DNA from: a virus
Taxonomy: Duplodnaviria > Caudoviricetes
Strand: one strand, 5' to 3'
DNA length: 28,376 bases
IMG/VR virus record: IMGVR_UViG_3300012953_000160
Coordinates: 1-28,376 of that record
Both the position numbers and the translations under genes were made by a program. Positions 10,760 to 19,028 of the stretch are shown here, piece after piece. Under the pieces are notes generated by a model. It was not told the DNA's origin. It was given only the letters and a program-made list of their open reading frames with translations, and did no database searches. Each line of letters opens with the position of its first letter. The stretch's first letter is position 1.

Positions 10760-12748
10760 TTAGGTTACACTAACCAATGTTGGTGTTTGGTCGAACACTG
10801 TTGGACTCAAACTATTTAGTGGGATTGAAGGAGGTGGAGCAGTTCCAATCGGTGAAATTGTCACTTCAGGACTTACTAAGTTAATAATTGTGCCTGGTGT
10901 TGAGGCAGGTATGGTAGAACTGTTAGCAGGAATGAACTGAATCGGTAATGATAATGCTGTTGGTAATGCAGCTGGATCACTTACAGAACCTGCACCAGTT
11001 GTTGAATCAGTAATTGTTACACCAGTGGTGGCAATATTTGTACCTGTTCCAATAACAGATATAGGACCAAAGGCAATTTCTCCTGTGTCATAGTTGACAG
11101 TCCCTGCAGAAGTGTTAGTATATACTTTTCTTGTACCTGTATTATAGAACGTTCTAAGATTTCCATAACCATCATCCTCGAATTGTTGATCAACACCTGG
11201 TCTATCTGCTGAACGGAACTGTCCAGAGAGTAGAATTGGTTCTTTTGCTCCATCTATAGAAAGAGATGTCTTACTTGGTGCGGAGTTATACAAAGCAGAA
11301 CCAGTAGATATTGTATATGTGTTAGTTTGATTGCTAACAGGAACGATATATCTCAATAGAGTGACCTGTAGAGATACGTCTGTAATAGCATTATTTGACA
11401 GTGTGATCGCTTTCTCGTATGCTTGTGATCTAAATGTACTGTTAAAGTTGTTTATTTGTGTTTGTGTTGCCCACTGACTGATTGCAGTCTGTACATTTGT
11501 CTTGATAGTAGATGTATCTGAACTACTACCAGTATCGTAAAGAACAAATACCTTAGTGTAGATGTAAAGATTTTCTGGATCAATGATTACAGGGTCAATA
11601 GATGCCATTGCATACTTTCTTAAATCTGCAGCAATAGACTTTTTAGTCGCATCATTAAGTGTAGCACCTGTAGCAGTCTTTACCGCAACATATACTTTAC
11701 CATATACAGGAGGGTTTAGAGAGTCTCCACCGTATGCTACCACTGCATCTGCGTTAGGATATACCTTTTTAGTAAGAATAGCATAGTCTCCTGCAGTCAC
11801 AGCACGATATTGTGAGGAGTAGAACCTTGGAGCATTATATTTGATAGACTCAATAGTCTCAGCAGCAGTTCCGTTTTGTGATCTTGCCACTTTTGTAAGT
11901 GACACAGAAGCAGGAGCATAACTTTGACCTAGTGTATCCGTCATTCTACCAGTGTATGAGAACCTGTCTACGTCATTTGCTTGTTCACCAGAGGTCACAA
12001 GGTACTCAAACATCACAACTTCTCCGTCTTTTAACGCTCTACCTACAGAATCATCTCCAAATTTTATCTCATACCGCATATCTTCACCCTCTGATAGGAA
12101 ATATACCCTAGTGGATGCGGTAAGTCCTGTAATTGTGTCCACTAAATTGTACAAATCAGAGGTTGTAGAGGATTCGTTTGCCTTTACTCTAACGGAAAGT
12201 GTGTTAATGTCCGCATCTTCTGAAGGAACTTTGTAATTTTGTGTCGCAAATGTGTTTACAACGTACTGGAATGTGACTATAGACCCCTCTTTTAGTACAA
12301 GATTACTAAAAGTTGCTATGCCAGTCGTGGCATTTACCTCAGCAGTGGTATCTGCAAGGACATTCCATATATAATTTCCACCAGTTGCCACTGCACCTTT
12401 CTTTAATGTGACAGTAGAAGGGTAAGATCCGCTACTTTGTATAGTTTGTACAGTTAGATTTACAGTTCCTTGACTTGCTTGTATCGATCTCGGTACATAA
12501 TTTAAGAGTTTTGCTATATTAACTACATTATCACGCACTGTGGAAGAGGGTAGGAACGCCTCATTCATTGCCATGTTCGCATTGAACGAACTATAGTAAG
12601 TATTATATGACAATACATCTACCAGATAGTTCAATGTTGCACCATCAAACTCATAATCTGTAAATTCTTTTCTAGTTCTCAGGTAAGATTTGATTGACGC
12701 TTTAATGTCATTAAAATCTAGTGCTGTTAAATTATTCGGTGTTGACAT
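10760..12748 (-). CDS. gp6: Baseplate wedge subunit gp6
   Basis: LDFNDIKASIKSYLR...FTDYEFDG...EAFLPSSTVRDNVVNIAKLLNYVPRS and ESIKYNAPRFYSSQYRAVTAGDY are T4 gp6-family motifs; follows gp25. Confidence 0.95.
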   Translation of the reverse strand: MSTPNNLTALDFNDIKASIKSYLRTRKEFTDYEFDGATLNYLVDVLSYNTYYSSFNANMAMNEAFLPSSTVRDNVVNIAKLLNYVPRSIQASQGTVNLTVQTIQSSGSYPSTVTLKKGAVATGGNYIWNVLADTTAEVNATTGIATFSNLVLKEGSIVTFQYVVNTFATQNYKVPSEDADINTLSVRVKANESSTTSDLYNLVDTITGLTASTRVYFLSEGEDMRYEIKFGDDSVGRALKDGEVVMFEYLVTSGEQANDVDRFSYTGRMTDTLGQSYAPASVSLTKVARSQNGTAAETIESIKYNAPRFYSSQYRAVTAGDYAILTKKVYPNADAVVAYGGDSLNPPVYGKVYVAVKTATGATLNDATKKSIAADLRKYAMASIDPVIIDPENLYIYTKVFVLYDTGSSSDTSTIKTNVQTAISQWATQTQINNFNSTFRSQAYEKAITLSNNAITDVSLQVTLLRYIVPVSNQTNTYTISTGSALYNSAPSKTSLSIDGAKEPILLSGQFRSADRPGVDQQFEDDGYGNLRTFYNTGTRKVYTNTSAGTVNYDTGEIAFGPISVIGTGTNIATTGVTITDSTTGAGSVSDPAALPTALSLPIQFIPANSSTIPASTPGTIINLVSPEVTISPIGTAPPPSIPLNSLSPTVFDQTPTLVSVT

Positions 12749-13167
12749 TATTCGGGTCTCTTAAGTACGAATGACACAGTTTCCACGAGTGGTTGACCCA
12801 CAATATTATAATCTATAGTGACATTAAATTGATTTGCATCATACTGCTCTACTACAGCAAGATTGTTTATTGTAATTCTAGGTTCATGTTGCCCAACAGT
12901 ATTTAGAATGTCATCTCTAATAGCATCTGCTGTGAAACCATCCATAGGTTCAAACAACAATTGTCTAACTCCAGAACCTATTTGGGGTTGAAATAACTTT
13001 TCACCAGGTTGTGTCATCACAAGATTCTTCAATGACTGCTTAATAGCATTGTCATTAGATACTTGAGATACATCTTGTGTAAAAGGATTCCTTGCAAAGT
13101 CTACTTTTATATCTTTAAAAGCACGACTCAGGTTTACATCCTTTCCGCTAATTGATTTTAACGCCAT
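12748..13167 (-). CDS. gp25: Baseplate wedge subunit gp25 (GPW/gp25 family)
   Basis: AIKQSLKNLVMTQPGEKLFQPQIGSGVRQLLFEPMD...HEPRI motif; stop overlaps gp6 start. Confidence 0.95.
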   Translation of the reverse strand: MALKSISGKDVNLSRAFKDIKVDFARNPFTQDVSQVSNDNAIKQSLKNLVMTQPGEKLFQPQIGSGVRQLLFEPMDGFTADAIRDDILNTVGQHEPRITINNLAVVEQYDANQFNVTIDYNIVGQPLVETVSFVLKRPE

Positions 13168-13271
13168 TTGCTAAGTGGTTTTACATCCTTTTCTTTTTTG
13201 ACAGGATACTCACTTATTAAAGTTTTGCCACTTTTGACAAATTCTTCACTTTTGTCTACTTTTACGACCAT
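13158..13271 (-). CDS. Small hypothetical protein (37 aa, MVVKVDKSEEFVKSGKTLISEYP...)
   Basis: Manually translated; downstream of an ATAAATA box, AAGG upstream, overlaps gp25 start. Confidence 0.6.
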   Translation of the reverse strand: MVVKVDKSEEFVKSGKTLISEYPVKKEKDVKPLSKWR

Positions 13272-13294
13272 AGTTACCTTTTGGATCCTAAAAG

Positions 13295-13301
13295 TATTTA
13301 T
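13295..13301 (-). promoter_or_regulatory. T4-type late promoter (ATAAATA)
   Basis: Matches the gp55-dependent late consensus TATAAATA/ATAAATA, directly upstream of the gp25-gp6-gp7 operon. Confidence 0.65.
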
Positions 13302-13302
13302 G

Positions 13303-13386
13303 CTACTTTTTGAATACTTTTAACTTTGTAAGGACAAAAAGGGATAATATTACCCAAAATGCTATTTCTAATCCGTAATTGTTCAT
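13303..13386 (-). CDS. Small membrane peptide (27 aa, MNNYGLEIAFWVILSLFVLTKLKVFKK)
   Basis: ATGA overlap with the upstream gene; one hydrophobic helix plus basic tail; fills the gap exactly. Confidence 0.55.
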   Translation of the reverse strand: MNNYGLEIAFWVILSLFVLTKLKVFKK

Positions 13387-13937
13387 TTCATGTAGTTGAA
13401 GTTTGCTAGAATACGATTTGGATGGTGTAATGGGGAATGACCTGTATGCATCTTATCTCCATCAAAGATAACCAATCTGTTCTTTCTAGGTTCTACTGAG
13501 TGTAATATAGTTAGTTCTTTTGCTCCTTTATCTTCGTTGTATATTACGGTATCACCATCACTATCTATTAGATATAGTATACAAGACCAATGAGGATAGT
13601 TCTGATCCGTATGTGGTGTGTGCATAGTCTTTTCTGGTGCTCTTAACGTCATATCTAGTCTACATCTTGTCAGACTACCTTTTTGTACACCCAGTTCCTT
13701 TTCTATCTTCAAGACAGCAGGTATCCAGATCTCCCTTTGAAACCCCAAATTGTTCTGAGTATCAAAGAGAACATTAGATAAACCAGACAAAAATTCCATA
13801 TCCCGAAGAGATGCGTGGTTAGGGGGTATGAACTTAGAGATATTATTGTGATACCTCCACTCAAACTGAGGATTGGTGACAGTATCAGAAAGATAATCTA
13901 TATAATAGTCATCTAAAAAGTCATTAATAACCTGCAT
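13383..13937 (-). CDS. 2OG-Fe(II) oxygenase superfamily protein
   Basis: HxD (PHTD), ILYLIDSDGDT, PRKNRLVIFDG, distal H (MHTG) and R (NRILAN). Confidence 0.85.
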   Translation of the reverse strand: MQVINDFLDDYYIDYLSDTVTNPQFEWRYHNNISKFIPPNHASLRDMEFLSGLSNVLFDTQNNLGFQREIWIPAVLKIEKELGVQKGSLTRCRLDMTLRAPEKTMHTPHTDQNYPHWSCILYLIDSDGDTVIYNEDKGAKELTILHSVEPRKNRLVIFDGDKMHTGHSPLHHPNRILANFNYMK

Positions 13938-14410
13938 TATTCTCCGAGTGTGTGGATAACTGGTTTTTCGTGTTTAAGTATCTCGTATAATTTCTTATTT
14001 TCGGCAGCAGAGACTGGAATAAACTCAGTACCATGATCAAAACCTTCAGTTCTACTGGATTGATTGATTACAATTGATCCTTTCTCTCCAGATATTGACC
14101 TATGGTAGGTTTTTGTGGGTATAACGAGTGCACCAGACGTACGGTTGAGGTGTACAATATGATATGGATACTTCCAATCGAAGTTTACCAACTCAAATTG
14201 CCTCTCTCCTTGTACTACTCTGTTAAAATCTGTCTGATGATAGTGTATGTAAAACTGTTTTGCACCTACCGTGTCATTTGGAGGAGAAATCGCAGCACCA
14301 TCATGCACTACTAGATCAGAAGCATTCGATTCTTCTACAGATATATCGAAGAAGATTACGTCTTGCGTCTCTCGAAAGACTCTATGCTTCCGAAATAACA
14401 CGTCACTCAC
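13937..14410 (-). CDS. Cupin-fold (RmlC-like) protein
   Basis: FYIHYHQTDFNRVVQGERQFEL...GALVIPTKTYHRS matches the two cupin motifs. Confidence 0.65.
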   Translation of the reverse strand: MSDVLFRKHRVFRETQDVIFFDISVEESNASDLVVHDGAAISPPNDTVGAKQFYIHYHQTDFNRVVQGERQFELVNFDWKYPYHIVHLNRTSGALVIPTKTYHRSISGEKGSIVINQSSRTEGFDHGTEFIPVSAAENKKLYEILKHEKPVIHTLGE

Positions 14411-14544
14411 TTTCCTTGACCTCTATAAGGTTTCTTTTTCTTATTACTAGCAGTTGCAGAGTACTTTGTATGTGCTCCGTTTCCTTGTCTTGTCTTCTTA
14501 GGTTTGGTTTCATTAACTTGAATACCATTTCTATACATTGCCAT
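14407..14544 (-). CDS. Small basic hypothetical protein (45 aa, ends KKKPYRGQGK)
   Basis: Likely start MAMYRNG at 14544, which avoids overlap with the upstream ORF; very Lys/Arg rich. Confidence 0.65.
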   Translation of the reverse strand: MAMYRNGIQVNETKPKKTRQGNGAHTKYSATASNKKKKPYRGQGK

Positions 14545-14573
14545 AATTGTGGTCGCTCGCGGGGTAGTTTGGA

Positions 14574-14825
14574 CTATTTTCGGCACCAACGGTGCAAATT
14601 ATCAACTTTTTTATCAATTATCTCGATTTTTTCGTATAAATCGTTAATTATTTGATAAAAGTTCAAGTTTTCTTCAGAATTCTTCGGATTATACTGTATT
14701 TTATCCAAAGATGGTGTTTCTGCAACATATTCTTCTATTATTTGCGTTCTTTCTGCTAATTTTATGATACATTCATTGACAGTATTCAATGCTTGTGCAT
14801 ATGGGTCTATTTCTTGCTCACTCAT
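14574..14825 (-). CDS. Hypothetical protein (coiled-coil-like)
   Basis: ORF track; ATGA-coupled to the upstream gene. Confidence 0.65.
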   Translation of the reverse strand: MSEQEIDPYAQALNTVNECIIKLAERTQIIEEYVAETPSLDKIQYNPKNSEENLNFYQIINDLYEKIEIIDKKVDNLHRWCRK

Positions 14826-15043
14826 GTCTTACTAACAAAGTATTTGTTGAGAACTTCGACCTGATCGTGGTAACGGGATATGTGGTCTAACTCAGTTTGT
14901 ATTGCTTCAGTAATATCTGAATGCTCTCCGATACCTGCAGGATTCTCAAGGTATACGTTTACATTTGCTTTATGCTTCTCTATCTCACCGTGAGCATGTG
15001 CAAGGACTGCTCTGATAAGTATTTCACGCATATGTAGTGCCAT
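14822..15043 (-). CDS. Hypothetical phage protein
   Basis: HKANVNVYLENPAGIGEHSDITEAI motif recalled from marine myophage small proteins; same-strand operon. Confidence 0.75.
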   Translation of the reverse strand: MALHMREILIRAVLAHAHGEIEKHKANVNVYLENPAGIGEHSDITEAIQTELDHISRYHDQVEVLNKYFVSKT

Positions 15044-15073
15044 AGTTCTATATTTTTTTATATTATAGACTAT

Positions 15074-15310
15074 CTATTCATCATTGTCAAGTACACTGTT
15101 AAAGAATTCTTCTATTTCTTCCTCTGAATGTCTCCATGTAATCCCAGAGGTAGAACCTTTGCATGGGTTCACACACTTGAAATTAGGTTTGATACAATTA
15201 CATACCATACCTGCAAGGTCATGTGGACATGCTTCTCGTCCTGTATTCCAATATAACTGTCCTTCTAACCATCTTGCGTCACATATAGGACAGATCTTTG
15301 GATCATCCAC
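15074..15310 (-). CDS. Cys-rich hypothetical protein (possible Zn-binding)
   Basis: CPIC...CPH...CNC...CVNPC; GGAGG upstream of a GTG start. Confidence 0.7.
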   Translation of the reverse strand: MDDPKICPICDARWLEGQLYWNTGREACPHDLAGMVCNCIKPNFKCVNPCKGSTSGITWRHSEEEIEEFFNSVLDNDE

Positions 15311-15464
15311 GTTTGCGTCGCCTCCTTTTTTTCTTAAACAACTTTTGATAGATTGGTCTAACTACAAATAGATCCAATGTTTCTATCAGGAATATAAATC
15401 CGAATCCTATGATCACTCCTACTAGGACTATAGGTTCTAATATCTTCAATAATATCTTATTCAT
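15303..15464 (-). CDS. Small single-pass membrane protein with polybasic tail (53 aa)
   Basis: Manual translation MNKILLKILEPIVLVGVIIGFGFIFLIETLDLFVVRPIYQKLFKKKRRRRKRG. Confidence 0.6.
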   Translation of the reverse strand: MNKILLKILEPIVLVGVIIGFGFIFLIETLDLFVVRPIYQKLFKKKRRRRKRG

Positions 15465-15597
15465 CTCTCGTACCACGTATAGGAGGAAGTATTACTCGAT
15501 GATACTCTTCCCAGAGTTGTTGTGGGTTTGGGTGATATAACCTATCTGTTTCAGAAACCTTTACAAGGTTATTTAGTTTTTTCTTTTTTTCACTCAT
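15457..15597 (-). CDS. Hypothetical protein (46 aa)
   Basis: Manual translation MSEKKKKLNNLVKVSETDRLYHPNPQQLWEEYHRVIL...; overlaps both neighbours. Confidence 0.55.
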   Translation of the reverse strand: MSEKKKKLNNLVKVSETDRLYHPNPQQLWEEYHRVILPPIRGTRDE

Positions 15598-15767
15598 TCT
15601 ACTATCTCGAAATGCCATTTTATACCTTTAATGTAATCAAATGTGCATGAGATATCTTTATCACAATCATGTTCGTACTTTCTATCACAAAGATAGTTCC
15701 TTAATTCTTGTATGGAAGAGAATTTACCTTGGGGAACAAACTCTTCGTTAAAGAGTACGTATTTCAT
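15594..15767 (-). CDS. Hypothetical protein (57 aa)
   Basis: MKYVLFNEEFVPQGKFSSIQELRNYLCDRKYEHDCDKDISCTFDYIKGIKWHFEIVE; ATGA overlaps on both sides. Confidence 0.65.
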   Translation of the reverse strand: MKYVLFNEEFVPQGKFSSIQELRNYLCDRKYEHDCDKDISCTFDYIKGIKWHFEIVE

Positions 15768-15943
15768 CTATCTAAAGGTTTAAAGTGTATAGAACCATCG
15801 TCTGACATCTCGTATTCAAACTCTGTAGTCTGATCCCAACCAAACTCTTCACATATATCATAAGGAATAGTAAGTTGGAGGTCACCAAAGTCATCTTCTA
15901 GCAGAGTGGTGGTGAATCTTTTTGACATATTAAGTGTATCCAT
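15764..15943 (-). CDS. Putative AbrB/MazE-like swapped-hairpin DNA-binding protein (54-59 aa)
   Basis: MSKRFTTTLLEDDFGDLQLTIPYDICEEFGWDQTTEFEYEMSDDGSIHFKP fits the G-x-L-x-I-P-x(5)-G-W AbrB-like pattern; start at 15943 or 15928. Confidence 0.6.
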   Translation of the reverse strand: MDTLNMSKRFTTTLLEDDFGDLQLTIPYDICEEFGWDQTTEFEYEMSDDGSIHFKPLDR

Positions 15944-16137
15944 TATAGTCTATTATGAGGTATTCTTGTTGAAAAGCATTCCCATGACTTATATAGTTTT
16001 TCTTTATCTTGTAAATCACCCCATATATCAGTGTATTGTTGGGCACATTCATACATGCTAGTGTATAAACATCCTTCCTTAAGCATGAGTTGTTGCATTG
16101 CCCATGTTCTTGTTTCTTGGTGGGGTATTGATGCCAT
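15943..16137 (-). CDS. Hypothetical protein
   Basis: ORF track; stop overlaps the next start. Confidence 0.65.
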   Translation of the reverse strand: MASIPHQETRTWAMQQLMLKEGCLYTSMYECAQQYTDIWGDLQDKEKLYKSWECFSTRIPHNRL

Positions 16138-16301
16138 TTTTTTTCTGGGAATTTTTTTATATAGAAAGTTAACTTTAATATGAATAATATACTGTCTCTG
16201 GGGAACCTTTGTAGGTTAGGGACTTAAGCGTTTTTAGTTACACCGCCCGCAGATACCGCGAGAACCCTTACAGTGACTGCGATCTCGACTGTTATTGTTT
16301 A

Positions 16302-16308
16302 TATTTAG
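16302..16308 (-). promoter_or_regulatory. Possible late promoter (CTAAATA)
   Basis: One mismatch to ATAAATA; intergenic, just past a terminator. Confidence 0.4.
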
Positions 16309-16334
16309 TGGGCAAGTCTTAAGTCATAGGTAAT

Positions 16335-16357
16335 AAAAAAGGGGTGTGATTACCCCT
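16335..16357 (-). terminator. Rho-independent terminator ending the small-gene array
   Basis: AGGGGT-AATCAC-ACCCCT followed by a T-run. Confidence 0.8.
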
Positions 16358-16369
16358 ATTATAGTATAT

Positions 16370-16603
16370 TTAAGCAAGGTTGTCAAGTCTGGACTGTGGA
16401 ACCTGTTTTGTAGTGTCTGTTTTACTGTCTACTCCGATCCACTTATTAATGTGACGAGATGTAGTGACTGAGAAGAAATTCTCAGATCTTACAAAACCCT
16501 CACCAAAAATGTAAGCAGCAACAGGTGTGGAATAAGAAAAGAAAATGCGAGCATCTGCTGTTTCGATTTCTGTCTGGTTTGCTGCGATTGGTGTTAGTCT
16601 CAT
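16370..16603 (-). CDS. Hypothetical phage protein
   Basis: FFSYSTPVAAY...SVTTSRHINKW motif recalled from diverse phage early proteins; AAGGA and TATAAT upstream. Confidence 0.8.
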   Translation of the reverse strand: MRLTPIAANQTEIETADARIFFSYSTPVAAYIFGEGFVRSENFFSVTTSRHINKWIGVDSKTDTTKQVPQSRLDNLA

Positions 16604-16693
16604 TTTAAAATGTTCCTTTGTTTGTTATGTACTTATTATAACAAGGCGTTACCAGGTGTGACCAATCCCTGTGACACTTATTTTATTGGCACA
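16604..16693 (-). promoter_or_regulatory. Dyad-promoter element copy 1
   Basis: Plus strand tgtgaca-cttattttat-tggcaca 16670-16693; TATAAT 16635-16640 (29 nt away); AACAAACAAA leader. Confidence 0.75.
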
Positions 16694-16863
16694 TAGTAGC
16701 AGTAACCTTCTTCCAGGAAGTAGTTACAGTATTTTTCGATAAACTCATTATAGTGTGTCTGCTCAGTATCAAGAAGAAACTGACATAACTCCACTTTTAA
16801 TTCGTTACATATAGTGGGGAAATTATCCCACAATTGTTGATACTTATCAGGAAGAAATAGCAT
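16678..16863 (-). CDS. Hypothetical protein
   Basis: ORF track; has its own sigma70 promoter; ends inside the dyad (VPIK*). Confidence 0.65.
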   Translation of the reverse strand: MLFLPDKYQQLWDNFPTICNELKVELCQFLLDTEQTHYNEFIEKYCNYFLEEGYCYYVPIK

Positions 16864-16890
16864 TAGTATTCTTAAACCTCTACAAGGTTA

Positions 16891-16919
16891 ATTGTACCAT
16901 AATTCTTATAACTTGTCAA
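16891..16919 (-). promoter_or_regulatory. Canonical sigma70 promoter
   Basis: TTGACA (16914-16919), 17 nt spacer, TACAAT (16891-16896) with extended TG. Confidence 0.8.
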
Positions 16920-17047
16920 GAAAATGTGCGTTTACTAATAGTACTTGACAGATGGGTATTTACACGCTAAAAGTATAACTTACGGAAGGATACTATCCTA
17001 TAGTATATAAACACTTATACATTTAATTAACCATTTATTGTTTATAC

Positions 17048-17248
17048 TTAATTCTGCGGATTTGGGGGTTTATCTGTATCTTTCCTCTTTAAATACTTCT
17101 CTCTGATATACTCCCAGATGATAATTGTTAATTCCTTTAATGTTACATAGACATACAAAACTTCTTCCTTAGTTATTATCTTAAAGTCGTTATTATCACT
17201 AGAATTCTTATTATTTTGCATACCTATTCTTTCGCCCTTCGATAACAT
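17048..17248 (-). CDS. Hypothetical protein (start may be 17221)
   Basis: ORF track; overlaps the upstream gene. Confidence 0.5.
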   Translation of the reverse strand: MLSKGERIGMQNNKNSSDNNDFKIITKEEVLYVYVTLKELTIIIWEYIREKYLKRKDTDKPPNPQN

Positions 17249-17453
17249 TTAATTCCTCCCAATCTGCTCTATAAATTAACAATAACACTTGCCTATATGG
17301 TAATATTGCATGTTCCGCATACTCACTATTATGGGGTATTTCATTTAAACATAGTGTGATATAATCTTTACATATAAAGTTAATATAACCCTCCCCTTCT
17401 TTGGGCATTTTTATATACTTTCCTAAGATAAATTCACTATATTTCATTAACAT
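17211..17453 (-). CDS. Hypothetical protein
   Basis: ORF track; EGYINFICKDYITLC segment; coupled to the upstream stop. Confidence 0.65.
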   Translation of the reverse strand: MLMKYSEFILGKYIKMPKEGEGYINFICKDYITLCLNEIPHNSEYAEHAILPYRQVLLLIYRADWEELNVIEGRKNRYAK

Positions 17454-17701
17454 TATATCCCGATATGTATCTGGTCATTAATGTTAATTAGTGTAGAATC
17501 TGCATGCGAAAAATCTTCTACATCTTTGTCATATATACTGACAGTTTGTGTTAGTTGATCGCTGTTAAGTTCAGATAATTGTTGATACAAATCGAGGTAA
17601 GTCATAGTTGGTTTGTTGTTATCTAATGCTTGTAATGTGTCTACACTATGTGTTAACTCACTCCAAGGAATTAATGTCCAAGTTGTTGACATAATACCCA
17701 A
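17453..17701 (-). CDS. Hypothetical protein
   Basis: ORF track; GAGG upstream; start uncertain (17701 TTG or 17692 ATG). Confidence 0.6.
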   Translation of the reverse strand: MGIMSTTWTLIPWSELTHSVDTLQALDNNKPTMTYLDLYQQLSELNSDQLTQTVSIYDKDVEDFSHADSTLININDQIHIGI

Positions 17702-17783
17702 ATAATCCTCATTATGTTATTACTTATAATGGTAAAAAATCGGGCGAGCAACCACATTCGGTGCGAATTTACTCGGATAAGTA

Positions 17784-17924
17784 TTATCTACGAGGACTAA
17801 TTATATCCTCTGAGTAATAACTAGGTTGACGTAATGATTGCCGATCTTTTTCATCTTGTTCCAATAATGCTTGATATACCAATGGGTCGAGGGCAAGCAT
17901 CTTTGTATTTTGTCGATTACACAT
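17784..17924 (-). CDS. Hypothetical protein (46 aa)
   Basis: Manual translation MCNRQNTKMLALDPLVYQALLEQDEKDRQ...; GGAGG at 17934-17938. Confidence 0.55.
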   Translation of the reverse strand: MCNRQNTKMLALDPLVYQALLEQDEKDRQSLRQPSYYSEDIISPRR

Positions 17925-18165
17925 TGCGAAGTTCCTCCTTAGTTTTTTCTACAATTAAAGTTTTATGAATGTCTAAAAGTGCATCCATATTGAGACCTTC
18001 GAGATCTGTCCACTCTGATACAAGTCCATTCTGTTCCCAGTCTGTTGAACCATCTTTAAAAGTTGGTGCTGAATACAGTTCCCAATTTTCGTCTAACCAA
18101 AATGTTCTTCCAAAATGCATTGAAAGAACTGTCTGAAACATCTGCTCATATAAATTTGGTATCAT
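17917..18165 (-). CDS. Hypothetical protein
   Basis: ORF track; GGAGG upstream; coupled. Confidence 0.75.
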   Translation of the reverse strand: MIPNLYEQMFQTVLSMHFGRTFWLDENWELYSAPTFKDGSTDWEQNGLVSEWTDLEGLNMDALLDIHKTLIVEKTKEELRNV

Positions 18166-18383
18166 TATGCAACCTCCCTTACATATCCGTTTTCTGCATG
18201 TATGAAAGCATCTAATGTAGGAACGTCTAATTCTGGATCGTCAAAATCAACTTTTGCACATCCGTCAACACCCCACTCTGCTAACTCTATTACAAATTCA
18301 TTCCAGTCAGCACAACAACATGCCATATTCTGAAAATTGTCAACTTGTACGATTCTGTTCATTACTGTTTGAGTTTTGTTCAT
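18165..18383 (-). CDS. Hypothetical acidic protein
   Basis: ORF track; first gene after element copy 2. Confidence 0.75.
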   Translation of the reverse strand: MNKTQTVMNRIVQVDNFQNMACCCADWNEFVIELAEWGVDGCAKVDFDDPELDVPTLDAFIHAENGYVREVA

Positions 18384-18470
18384 AGGTCTTTGTTTGTTGC
18401 TTATACTAATATTATAGAGGATGATAATGCCAATTAGTAGTCTAATTGTGCCAGTTTGTCAACTGGACTA
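18384..18470 (-). promoter_or_regulatory. Dyad-promoter element copy 2
   Basis: tgtgcca-gtttgtcaac-tggacta 18447-18470; TATAAT 18411-18416 (30 nt). Confidence 0.85.
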
Positions 18471-18683
18471 CATAAATGCTGTTAGAGCGTGTGGTCTGTT
18501 AAAGTCATACTCAAGTGATTTTATTGTATAGGGATACATGAATTTTTCAACTTTAGTCCATAGGTCTTCAGAATTTTCGGCATACCATACACCGAGAGCA
18601 TCAAAAATTTTGTCTTCTAGATCTTTCGGTTGATCTGAGAGATATGGGTCAATATGGGTGAGAATGTAAGATTGCTGTTTCAT
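18468..18683 (-). CDS. Hypothetical protein
   Basis: ORF track; ATGA coupling. Confidence 0.7.
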   Translation of the reverse strand: MKQQSYILTHIDPYLSDQPKDLEDKIFDALGVWYAENSEDLWTKVEKFMYPYTIKSLEYDFNRPHALTAFM

Positions 18684-18943
18684 TTTGTTAAACCCTCTCT
18701 AACAATAAGATCTTCAAATGCCTGATTATGAGATCTTGTTTCAATTAGTTGATCTCTTACTCTCTCTCTGTCTAGTGAATCACCATCACCCCATGTGATG
18801 TTGTCGCATGATGCACACAAGTCAAGATAGTTGAGAGTCGCAAGTGCTAACTCTTCTCTGGTTAATCCATCTATAGGATATAAACCTGATGATGGATTGT
18901 AGAAATCCATGCAGTAATCTAAAAATTCTCTGAAGTTGTGCAT
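18680..18943 (-). CDS. Hypothetical protein
   Basis: ORF track; FY...GLYP...WGDGDSLDRERVRD segment; first gene after copy 3. Confidence 0.75.
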   Translation of the reverse strand: MHNFREFLDYCMDFYNPSSGLYPIDGLTREELALATLNYLDLCASCDNITWGDGDSLDRERVRDQLIETRSHNQAFEDLIVREGLTK

Positions 18944-19027
18944 AATTTGTTTGTTGCTTATAGTAATATTATAAAGGATAGAATCCCAGAATAGTAGTGT
19001 TCTTGTGCCACTAATATCACTGGCACA
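18944..19027 (-). promoter_or_regulatory. Dyad-promoter element copy 3
   Basis: tgtgcca-ctaatatcac-tggcaca 19004-19027; TATAAT 18968-18973 (30 nt). Confidence 0.88.
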
Positions 19028-19028
19028 C

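Noticed and set aside
11017-12236. ORFs nested in or antisense to gp6
   Set aside because: Overlap a confidently identified gene; no independent signals.
13336-13355. Weak hairpin with T-run as a terminator
   Set aside because: Lies inside the probable 27-aa membrane peptide ORF and the stem is weak.
16945-16979. Plus-strand promoter starting TTGACA
   Set aside because: No good -10 at 16-18 nt spacing and no downstream plus-strand gene.
19004-19027. TGGCAC as a sigma54 -24 box, or the dyad as a CRP/NtcA site
   Set aside because: No TTGC -12 box at the right spacing and cyanobacteria lack sigma54; spacing and sequence differ from TGTGA-N6-TCACA and GTA-N8-TAC.
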